A DNA stretch of 32,000 nucleotides, taken from Microcystis aeruginosa NIES-2549. GTDB taxonomy: Bacteria; Cyanobacteriota; Cyanobacteriia; Cyanobacteriales; Microcystaceae. A program made the translations under genes and the position numbers. The first letter of the stretch is position 1; each line of letters opens with the position of its first letter. The stretch is from assembly GCF_000981785.2 (NCBI RefSeq), contig NZ_CP011304.1, forward strand, positions 2,490,001-2,522,000, given 5' to 3'. Under the pieces are notes generated by a model. The model worked only from the letters and a program-made list of their open reading frames with translations. It was not told where the DNA came from and searched no databases. Shown here piece after piece: positions 24,656 to 32,000 of this stretch.

Positions 24656-26239
24656 TTGAATATTTCCAAGCTGCACGATATGAAAGAGAGGAACTATCTC
24701 TTACTAAATATACTAGCGATCTCTACCATAATAATTAGTCTAGTTTTAGGGATTGTATTGGACAAAAAAGCCGCCTTGTTAGGAATTTTGGCGGTTCCCG
24801 CCATGGTCGCTTCTTTTATCCATCCCCGTCTGGGATTATTAGCCCTAATCATCTATCTTCCCCTGAGTAGTACCGTCACTTTTGCTGTGGCGAGAGTTTT
24901 TCAGGTAAAGGGCAACTTCATTGGCGAAGAGCCATCATATTCTCTCTACAAAATCGCCAAGGATGCCTTTTATTTCCCGGCTTTAGCGGCAATTTTAATT
25001 AAAACCAAAACTTTTAAGCAATTACGACCCCAAATCAAGCCTTTTCTCATCACAGCTTTGATTTTACTTGCCAGCAGTTTGATAACTTTTCTTTCTATCA
25101 ATCTGCCCCAAGGAGCAATTGCTGTGGGAGTTGTGGGATTAAAAACCCTCCTCGGTTATATACCCCTAGTTCTCTGTGGCTACTATCTAATCAAGGAAAA
25201 ACGGGATCTATTCGTGGTTAATCGGCTTTTAATCGTGATGATCTTAGTCTGTTGCGTTTTAGCTCTAATTCAATACTTCTTACTCCTCCAAGGCATCTGT
25301 CCCGATAATGAATTCCTCAATCAACTCGAAGTTACTGCCCCGAAATCCGATACCCAATTTTATCCGAATATTGCCGACAAAGCCAGCCTGAAAGCTCAAT
25401 GTTTTGTCGGGGGTTCGGTGTTGTATAATCCCGATCGAGGCTTAATTCGTCTCCCAGGCACATTTTCCGATCCTTGGCAATGGGGTTGGTTTTTAGTATC
25501 TAGTAGCGTCATCAGTTACGCAGCCAGTTTTAGTGATCCGCAAAAAAGATGGCGCGTCGCTGGTTGGGTAGCAATGGTTTTAGTCTTCCTTGCGACTCTG
25601 GTTTCTGGACAAAGATTACCTTTATTGCTAGTACCTTTGTTTTATTTAGTTCTTTTTATTGCTACTAGCAAAAATAAACGAAAGTTACCATTAAAATTGG
25701 GAATCTTGGGGCTGCTTTCCTTGCTTTCAGTGACGTTAATTCCCTTTATTCGGGAAAGAGGGCTAAATTTTATCGATCGCTGGCTATATTCGTCTCCCAT
25801 TGACTTTGTAGGCAATCAAATGCAGTGGGTCTTTAAATATGCACAGCTTTTTGGTCTTGGTTTAGGCACGGCCAGCAGTGGATCTCGTCATATAGTGGGA
25901 GAAGAGGGGATAAGACTAATTGAAACCTACTACGCTAAACTCCTCTACGAAGTCGGTATCGTCGGTTTTATCGCTTTTATGGTACTGGTGACAATTCTCT
26001 GTATTCTCACCTTTAAAGCCTATTTAAAAGTAAAAAATCCTGCTTTAAAGCATTGGGGTCTCTGTATCTGGATTTTCCTGCTTTTTATTAGCTATAATCC
26101 CTACTATTATCCTCTCTCCGTCGAGCCTGTTTCTGTTTACTATTGGTTATTCGCTGGAATATTGCTAAAACTGCCAGAAATCAGCGATAAATTGGAAGAT
26201 GAGGCGGGATTTCTCGAAAAAAATCAAGTAGAGAATTAA
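24656..26239 (+). CDS. Polytopic membrane protein, O-antigen ligase/polymerase (Wzy_C)-like
   Basis: More than 10 predicted TM segments. A large loop is followed by SGQRLPLL and GLGLGTASSGSRH, as in O-antigen-ligase-like proteins. TTG at 24656; ATG at 24680 is an alternative start. Confidence 0.6.
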   Translation: MNISKLHDMKERNYLLLNILAISTIIISLVLGIVLDKKAALLGILAVPAMVASFIHPRLGLLALIIYLPLSSTVTFAVARVFQVKGNFIGEEPSYSLYKIAKDAFYFPALAAILIKTKTFKQLRPQIKPFLITALILLASSLITFLSINLPQGAIAVGVVGLKTLLGYIPLVLCGYYLIKEKRDLFVVNRLLIVMILVCCVLALIQYFLLLQGICPDNEFLNQLEVTAPKSDTQFYPNIADKASLKAQCFVGGSVLYNPDRGLIRLPGTFSDPWQWGWFLVSSSVISYAASFSDPQKRWRVAGWVAMVLVFLATLVSGQRLPLLLVPLFYLVLFIATSKNKRKLPLKLGILGLLSLLSVTLIPFIRERGLNFIDRWLYSSPIDFVGNQMQWVFKYAQLFGLGLGTASSGSRHIVGEEGIRLIETYYAKLLYEVGIVGFIAFMVLVTILCILTFKAYLKVKNPALKHWGLCIWIFLLFISYNPYYYPLSVEPVSVYYWLFAGILLKLPEISDKLEDEAGFLEKNQVEN

Positions 26240-26291
26240 GAGGATTTTTATCGATAATTACATTAAGTAGGTAGGTGTTAAAAGTTGTCAG

Positions 26292-26314
26292 ATCCCCCCT
26301 TATCAAGGGGGGAT
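26292..26314 (+). terminator. Perfect 10-bp stem hairpin (ATCCCCCCTT-atc-AAGGGGGGAT) downstream of the membrane protein gene
   Basis: Seen directly, 53 nt after the stop at 26239. There is no immediate T-run, so a canonical intrinsic terminator is uncertain. Confidence 0.4.
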
Positions 26315-26385
26315 TAAAGGCAAAATCCATTTTTAATTTAATTATAACCAGCTACTTATCTCTCGACTGATAGGAGTTAACCGTA

Positions 26386-26664
26386 ATGACAGCAGAAGCC
26401 GTTACCTATTCCCTCGAATCTGTCCTCAAGGAAATTAAAGATAGCATTAAAAGTCTTGATCGAAAGCTAGAAACCTTAGATAAAGATGTCACCGATGTGA
26501 AGATAGGACTAGCAACTTTAACAGAGAAAGTCGATAGTATGGATAATCGACTAATAAAGGTGGAAGGAACCCAAAGCAACCAAATTTGGACATTAATAAC
26601 TATCTTGAGTGGTTCCTTGATTGCTGTGGGATTCTGGGCTTTTTTTATGGGCAACAATCCCTAG
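26386..26664 (+). CDS. Small coiled-coil protein with a C-terminal TM anchor (tail-anchored; XhlA-like architecture)
   Basis: AGGAG lies 10 nt upstream of the ATG. Heptad-like LKEIKDSIKSLDRKLETLDKDVTDVKIGLATLTEKVDSMDNRLIKVE, then TM IWTLITILSGSLIAVGFWAFFM. Confidence 0.55.
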   Translation: MTAEAVTYSLESVLKEIKDSIKSLDRKLETLDKDVTDVKIGLATLTEKVDSMDNRLIKVEGTQSNQIWTLITILSGSLIAVGFWAFFMGNNP

Positions 26665-26782
26665 GCGATCGCTGGAGAGTAACGAGACTTTCTCACTTTC
26701 CCCACAGGCGACCTTTTTCCGTTAGATTATAAATGGATACAAAACTTAACATTTTATCCAAAATCTACCGAGAGGGCAGACC

Positions 26783-28243
26783 GTGCGGCCAGATACCCTA
26801 GAAAATAACCAGCATTCAGCCGATAATTCGCTAGTTCCCGAAATTATCGCACTTAATCCTGAAATTGAGCCAGAGAAAACCGAATACTCGCCAAAACCGA
26901 CAAAAACCAACTCGTGGCTATCGGGAGGAAGGGGTTTATTTATCGGTGTGGGATTAGGGGTTTTATTGACCCTAGGGGCGACTCGTTTCGCTAATCGACC
27001 CCAAACAGCCCAAAACCTCAATACTCAGCCCGTAGCGGCAAAAAATGAGGCACCAGCACAAACAGTAACCACCACTAGGGTAGAATCCACTCCCGTGGCC
27101 CGCACCCTGAAAGCGACTGGAAGCGTGGCAGCCGATGAATTAATCCCGATTCTTTCCCAAGCGACGGGACTACAAATCAAAGAAATCTTTGTCGATGAGG
27201 GTGATATCGTTAGCCAAGGTCAAATTTTGGCTCGTCTCGATGATACCGTCCTACAAGCGCAATTAACCCAAGCACAGGCTAATGTCGCCCAATCCCGAGC
27301 GCGTTTGGCAGAATTGCAAGCGGGGAGCCGTAAAGAGGAGATCGCTGGAGCTAAACAAACTATTCAACGCATAAAAGCCGAAATTAGTCAAGCTCGATCG
27401 GATTGGGATTTGGCTAAAAAACGGGTCCAGAGAAACCAAAGTTTAGAAGCGGAAGGAGCGATCGCCCGGGATCGTCTCGATGAAGTCCTCAATGAAGAAA
27501 GAAAGCAAGCGGCGATCGTACAACAGACCCAATCCCGTTTAGGAGAAGCAGAGCAGCAACTGGCACAATTGCAAGCCGGCAATCGTCCCGAAGTGATCGC
27601 CCAAGCTAAAGCCCAATTAGCGGAAGCTCAAAGCCGTTTAGCCATTGTTAACGCCCAATTAAACGAGACTCGCCTGATTTCCCCGGTCAGTGGCAAAATT
27701 GCCGAAAGAAATGGCCGCATCGGGGACACCACCAACGGTCAAAATGCTCTCTTTAAAATCATCGAAAATGGGCGTTTAGAGCTAAGATTGCGGGTTCCTG
27801 AGAATCAATTGCCCTTAATCCGCGTCGGAGCGCCCGTTACTATCACTTCCGATGCTAATAGCAGTTTAAAATTATCGGGACAGGTGCGCGAAATTAATCC
27901 CATCGTCGATGAGGCATCCCGTCAGGCGACGGTTAAAGTCGATTTAACCGACAATACAGGGTTAAAACCGGGGATGTTTTTACGAGGTGCGATCGTGACG
28001 AATACTAGCAATAGTTTAACCGTCCCCATGACCGCAGTTTTACCTCAAAAAGATAATCAAGCTCTAGTTTATTTAGTTGAACCTGATAACACTGTCACTG
28101 CCAAAACTGTGCAATTAGGTCAAATTATGCCGAATAACCGCGTGGAAATTCTCACCGGTTTACAAGCGGGCGATCGCATTGTGGCCAAAGGGGCAGCCTA
28201 TCTCGGTGATGGCGACAAAATTACAGCAATCAGCGATCAGTAA
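26783..28243 (+). CDS. RND efflux periplasmic adaptor (membrane fusion protein, HlyD family)
   Basis: N-terminal TM, a lipoyl-like segment (IKEIFVDEGDIVSQGQILARLDD), a long alpha-hairpin (QAQLTQAQANVAQSRARLAELQAG...) and C-terminal beta domains. GTG start. Confidence 0.85.
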   Translation: MRPDTLENNQHSADNSLVPEIIALNPEIEPEKTEYSPKPTKTNSWLSGGRGLFIGVGLGVLLTLGATRFANRPQTAQNLNTQPVAAKNEAPAQTVTTTRVESTPVARTLKATGSVAADELIPILSQATGLQIKEIFVDEGDIVSQGQILARLDDTVLQAQLTQAQANVAQSRARLAELQAGSRKEEIAGAKQTIQRIKAEISQARSDWDLAKKRVQRNQSLEAEGAIARDRLDEVLNEERKQAAIVQQTQSRLGEAEQQLAQLQAGNRPEVIAQAKAQLAEAQSRLAIVNAQLNETRLISPVSGKIAERNGRIGDTTNGQNALFKIIENGRLELRLRVPENQLPLIRVGAPVTITSDANSSLKLSGQVREINPIVDEASRQATVKVDLTDNTGLKPGMFLRGAIVTNTSNSLTVPMTAVLPQKDNQALVYLVEPDNTVTAKTVQLGQIMPNNRVEILTGLQAGDRIVAKGAAYLGDGDKITAISDQ

Positions 28244-28325
28244 TCAGTAATCAGTGATCAGTAAACAGTAATCAGTAATCAGTGATCAGTTGATAACTGA
28301 AAAATGGTAACTGAAAACTGATAAC
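28231..28325. repeat. STRR array CAG[TC][AG]A[TA] (about 8.5 units) followed by degenerate ATAACTG-type units
   Basis: cagcgat cagtaat cagtaat cagtgat cagtaaa cagtaat cagtaat cagtgat cagt..., starting inside the last codons of the adaptor gene, then tgataactgaaaaatggtaactgaaaactgataaca. Confidence 0.9.
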
Positions 28326-28380
28326 AATGGACGAATCTAAAACCTAATTTGTTAAGCTAAGTAGAAAGGCACAATTATTT

Positions 28381-28445
28381 GTAGGATGGGTTAGCGGTAG
28401 CGTAAACCATGGGGTCGTTGGGTTTCATGCTTCAACCCAACCTAC
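28381..28445. repeat. Compound palindromic element (two hairpins closed by GTAGG/CCTAC)
   Basis: gtagg-ATGGGTTAgcggtagcgTAAACCAT-ggggtc-GTTGGGTTtcatgcttcAACCCAAC-ctac. It resembles the small palindromic repeats common in cyanobacterial intergenic DNA. Confidence 0.5.
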
Positions 28446-28450
28446 GTTCT

Positions 28451-28509
28451 GAAAACTGATAACTAAAAACTGATAACTTACCCACTGATAACTGATAACT
28501 GATAACTGA
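28451..28509. repeat. STRR array GATAACT family
   Basis: gaaaact gataact aaaaact gataact tacccact gataact gataact gataact. The array ends 4 nt before the RND pump ATG. Confidence 0.9.
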
Positions 28510-28513
28510 AATT

Positions 28514-31500
28514 ATGGCTTTTAATATTTCTAATTGGTCTATCAAAAATCCCATTCCGACGATCCTGATCTCCCTGGTTATGGCCCTAATGGGATACATT
28601 GCCTTTCTAGGATTAGGGATCGATCGCTCTCCTAATATTGACATTCCGGCCGTGATTATCACCGTTAATCAACCCGGCGCAGGTCCGGAGGAATTGGAAA
28701 CCCAAGTCACCAAAAAAGTCGAGGATGCGGTGGCTGCTTTGGGTAATATCGATCAAATTACTTCTACCATTAACGAAGGCAGCAGCACCACCACCGTTAA
28801 CTTTATCCTTGGCACTAACAGCGATCGCGCTACCAATGATGTACGCAATGCCATAGCGCAAATTCGGCAGGATTTACCCCAAGATACTAATGACCCAATT
28901 GTCCAACGTTTAGAATTTGCCGGGGGTGCGGTGATGAACTATACCATCTCCTCCCCGAAAAGATCGATCGCCGAATTAAGTGATCTAGTTGATCGTCAAA
29001 TTGGCCGCGCTTTAACGGGAGTGCCGGGGGTAGCACGAGTCGATCGCGTTGGGGGAGTTGATCGAGAAGTGCGTGTAGATTTAGATCCCGGTCGTCTGAT
29101 CGCCTACGGTATCACGGCCACGGCAGTTAATGACCAAATTCGTAGTTTTAATATTAATTTACCCGGAGGGCGCTCGGAAATCGCCGGCAGTGAACAAACT
29201 GTCCGCACCCTCGGCAGCGCTGAAACTATCGAAGATTTAAGAAATTATCAAATCTCTTTACCTAACGGTGATAGCGTCCCCTTAAGCAATTTAGGGACAG
29301 TTAGCGATAGTTCCAGTGATCCTCGACAAATGGCCCTCTTAGATGGGCAGCCAGTGGTGGGTTTTTCGATTCTACGGGGGACTGGCAGCACCTTGGTGAC
29401 GGTAGAAACAGCAGTGCGCCAAGAAATCGAGAATTTAAAGAAAAAACTGCCCGAAGATATTAAATTTCAATTAATTTTTACCCGTGCTGACTCAATTCGT
29501 GCTAGTTACGAAAGTCTTCTGAGCGATCTGATCATCGGTTGCATCATGACGGTGATCACGGTGGGTCTATTTTTAGGCAATTGGCGCGCCACGATTATCA
29601 CGGGTTTGGCCCTGCCTTTGTCGATTTTCCCGACTTTTTGGGTGATGCAGTCCCTAAATTATACCCTTAACGGTATGACCCTGCTGGCGTTAGCTTTAGC
29701 TTTGGGTAATCTGGTGGATGATGCGGTGTGTATGGTGGAGGACATCGATCAACATTTAGCTATGGGTAAAAAACCCCTGCAAGCGGCCTTTGATGCCTCA
29801 AAAGAGATTGGATTAGCCGTTTTAGCCAGTGCAGCGGCAATTATGGCGGTATTCCTGCCGGTTGCTTTTATGGGCGGTGTGCCGGGGCAATTCTTTCAAC
29901 CTTTCGGCGTTACGGTGGCGGTTTCTACCCTATTCTCCAGTTTGATCGCTGTCACCGTCACTCCCATGTTAAGTGCCTATATTTTACAGCCGAAAAAGCT
30001 GAAAACTGGTGATGATAATCCCTCCTCGCGCCCCCGTTTTCGTCCCTACAAAAGTTTGTTAACTTGGGCTTTACGTCATCGAATCCTGACTTTATTGGCG
30101 GCTTTGGCCTTTTTTATCGGTAGTTTACAGTTAGTTCCCTTGATTCCAAAAGGGTTATTTAGTTCTGGGGATACTGGATTAAGTACCATAAGCCTAGAAT
30201 TGCCTCCCGGTGCGACTTTGAATGATACTGTTGCCGTGGCCAATCAGGTGAATAGTTTACTGCAAAAAAATCCCGCCGTCGCTAATGTTTTGGCTATTCC
30301 GGGAGATTCGGGACGGGTAAATACGGGGTTAATATATGTTAATTTAGTTCCTAAGGAACAGCGATCGCTAACTCAACGGCAATTTGAGGAACAAACCCGT
30401 CGGGATTTCCAGAAGATACCGGGAGCAAGAGTGACTTTTCGGGCGCAGGGGGGAGCAGGAAGTAGCAAAGATGTGGCTATTGTCCTAAAAAGTGAAAATG
30501 GCGATATTTTAACCCAAACTGCCCAAAAATTAGAGCGAGAAATGCGGGCTTTACCCGGTTTTGTCGAGGTCAGTTCCGGGGTAAGTTTAGTTAAACCGGA
30601 GATTATTATTCAACCGGATCCAGTCCGGGCTGCTGATCAGGGAGTCTCGGTCAGAGCGATCGCCCGTACTGCGTCTTTAGCTTTAATCGGCGATAATGAG
30701 TTTAATTTAGCTAAATTTAACCTTGCTGACCGACAAATTCCCATCCGGGTAAAAATTGCCAACGATGGACGCAGTGAGATAGAAACCCTGCAAAATTTGC
30801 GGGTTCCTAGCAGTAATGGGACGTTAGTACCGCTTAACTCGGTGGCGACAATTAGCTTAGGTAGTGGACCTGCGGAAATTCAACGCTTTAACCGTCAACG
30901 TCAGGTTAATATTGGAGCTAATTTAGAGGGAGTTTCTTTGGGAAGTGCGGTGACACAAATTCGCACTTTACCAATCATGAAAAACTTACCCCCAGAGGTG
31001 ACAGAAGAACCCTTTGGTGATGCTCGCATTATGCGCGATATCTTTGCTCGTTTTTTGGGGGCGTTAAGTTTAGCAATTATTTCTATCTATGGGATTCTGG
31101 TATTGTTGTATAACAATTTCCTCTATCCCCTAGCGATTTTAACTTCCCTTCCTTTATCGATTGGTGGTACTTTAATCGCTCTTTTAATTACCCAAAAAGA
31201 GTTAGGTTTATACGCTTTAATTGGCATAGTTTTACTGATGGGATTAGTCACTAAAAATGCGATTCTGTTAGTAGATTTTGCCCTGAGTGGCATTGAGTCA
31301 GGGAAACCGCAATTTAAGGCGATGATTGATTCGGGAGTCTCTCGTTTACGACCAATTATTATGACCTCCGTTTCCACAGTTGCCGGGATGTTACCGATTG
31401 CTTTAGCTTTGGGTGCAGATGGGGAAATTCGCGCACCGATGGCGATTGCTGTTATTGGTGGTTTTACCACTTCCACCCTATTAACTTTGGTGGTTGTGCC

Positions 31501-31579
31501 GGTAATCTTTACTTACATCGATAGTTTTTACTATTGGTTGCGGGGATTATTTGTTAAACAAAAACCCAAGTCGATTTAG
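28514..31579 (+). CDS. RND family efflux pump inner-membrane permease (AcrB/AcrD/AcrF type)
   Basis: 1021 aa. Twelve-TM/two-large-loop layout with typical N-terminus NISNWSIKNPIPTILISLVMALMG and conserved TM4 region ALALALGNLVDDAV. Confidence 0.95.
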   Translation: MAFNISNWSIKNPIPTILISLVMALMGYIAFLGLGIDRSPNIDIPAVIITVNQPGAGPEELETQVTKKVEDAVAALGNIDQITSTINEGSSTTTVNFILGTNSDRATNDVRNAIAQIRQDLPQDTNDPIVQRLEFAGGAVMNYTISSPKRSIAELSDLVDRQIGRALTGVPGVARVDRVGGVDREVRVDLDPGRLIAYGITATAVNDQIRSFNINLPGGRSEIAGSEQTVRTLGSAETIEDLRNYQISLPNGDSVPLSNLGTVSDSSSDPRQMALLDGQPVVGFSILRGTGSTLVTVETAVRQEIENLKKKLPEDIKFQLIFTRADSIRASYESLLSDLIIGCIMTVITVGLFLGNWRATIITGLALPLSIFPTFWVMQSLNYTLNGMTLLALALALGNLVDDAVCMVEDIDQHLAMGKKPLQAAFDASKEIGLAVLASAAAIMAVFLPVAFMGGVPGQFFQPFGVTVAVSTLFSSLIAVTVTPMLSAYILQPKKLKTGDDNPSSRPRFRPYKSLLTWALRHRILTLLAALAFFIGSLQLVPLIPKGLFSSGDTGLSTISLELPPGATLNDTVAVANQVNSLLQKNPAVANVLAIPGDSGRVNTGLIYVNLVPKEQRSLTQRQFEEQTRRDFQKIPGARVTFRAQGGAGSSKDVAIVLKSENGDILTQTAQKLEREMRALPGFVEVSSGVSLVKPEIIIQPDPVRAADQGVSVRAIARTASLALIGDNEFNLAKFNLADRQIPIRVKIANDGRSEIETLQNLRVPSSNGTLVPLNSVATISLGSGPAEIQRFNRQRQVNIGANLEGVSLGSAVTQIRTLPIMKNLPPEVTEEPFGDARIMRDIFARFLGALSLAIISIYGILVLLYNNFLYPLAILTSLPLSIGGTLIALLITQKELGLYALIGIVLLMGLVTKNAILLVDFALSGIESGKPQFKAMIDSGVSRLRPIIMTSVSTVAGMLPIALALGADGEIRAPMAIAVIGGFTTSTLLTLVVVPVIFTYIDSFYYWLRGLFVKQKPKSI

Positions 31580-31630
31580 TAGTAAAATATCTTGCTGAAA
31601 GCTTGAGAAAAAACCCAGAGAAACTAACCC

Positions 31631-32000
31631 ATGAATCCCTTGACAGTCACACATCAAACTCTATCCCTTCCCCCCATGGGCTGCGGTACTTGGGCCTGGG
31701 GAAATCGTCTTCTCTGGGGTTATGATGAGAGTATGGATAGCCAGTTACAAGCGGTTTTTAATCTCTGCGTCGAGCGGGGTGTCACCCTATTTGATACGGG
31801 AGACTCCTACGGGACAGGCAAGCTCAACGGACAGAGTGAGAAGCTATTAGGACGCTTTACAGGGGAATATAGCGGTTATAACGCTGATCATATCCGTATT
31901 GCCACCAAACTCGCCCCTTATCCTTGGCGTTTAACCCGTCATGCCATGGTGAAAGCTTGTCAAGCTTCGGCAACCAGACTAGGCCGCCCGGTGGATTTAG
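31631..32000 (+). CDS. Aldo/keto reductase, N-terminal part (continues beyond the window)
   Basis: Hand translation from ATG 31631: MNPLTVTHQTLSLPPMGCGTWAWGNRLLWGY...VTLFDTGDSYGTG...SEKLLG. AKR signatures GxGTWxxG and FDTxxxYG are present. The frame is open to the window end. Confidence 0.8.
   Translation, partial: MNPLTVTHQTLSLPPMGCGTWAWGNRLLWGYDESMDSQLQAVFNLCVERGVTLFDTGDSYGTGKLNGQSEKLLGRFTGEYSGYNADHIRIATKLAPYPWRLTRHAMVKACQASATRLGRPVDL

Noticed and set aside
26746-27021. 91-aa minus-strand ORF, and 28432-28662 minus-strand ORF
   Set aside because: The first is antisense to the adaptor gene 5' end. The second is a translation of STRR repeats plus antisense RND sequence.

Overview
This is a cyanobacterial chromosomal window. 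The evidence is repeated HIP1 palindromes (GCGATCGC), heptanucleotide STRR arrays in intergenic DNA, a split DnaE intein, and GvpA/GvpC sequences of the Microcystis/Anabaena type. The taxon is inferred, not searched.

The centre (about 12.85-19.62 kb) holds a complete gas-vesicle (gvp) cluster. On the minus strand the order is gvpA, gvpC, gvpN, gvpJ, a gvpX-position ORF, gvpK, gvpF, gvpG. gvpV is on the plus strand and gvpW on the minus strand.

The most interesting observations:
1. gvpW is followed, after a 12-nt gap on the same strand, by a two-domain ArsA/Get3-family ATPase. An 83-nt gap then leads to a double-AAA+ Cdc48-like ATPase that lacks a canonical N domain. No arsenic-resistance genes are present. 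This looks like an undescribed ATPase/chaperone extension of the gas-vesicle cluster.
2. The C-terminal tail of GvpJ is tandemly repeated about 3.2 times at the DNA level. One copy is intact (the gvpX-position ORF) and one has decayed.
3. A secreted 124-aa Gly-rich protein has nine aromatic-x-Asn/Asp triplets. It resembles the rSAM-associated Gly-rich repeat (GrrA-type triceptide) precursors, but no radical-SAM maturase is in the window.
4. The gene-poor zone upstream of the single gvpA holds direct repeats, a decayed ISAs1-like fragment, and a well-signalled small gene whose product has an internal duplication.

The flanks are housekeeping genes. To the left are a GTPase fragment, an FtsL-like gene plus ftsI, a pentapeptide-repeat protein, a PQQ sugar dehydrogenase, an amino-acid-binding protein and an OYE reductase. 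To the right are dnaE-C with its IntC half-intein, an M42 peptidase, an O-antigen-ligase-like membrane protein, an RND efflux adaptor and pump, and an aldo/keto reductase fragment.

No rRNA, tRNA or CRISPR array was seen. All product calls rest on motif and family recognition by eye. No database search was run.
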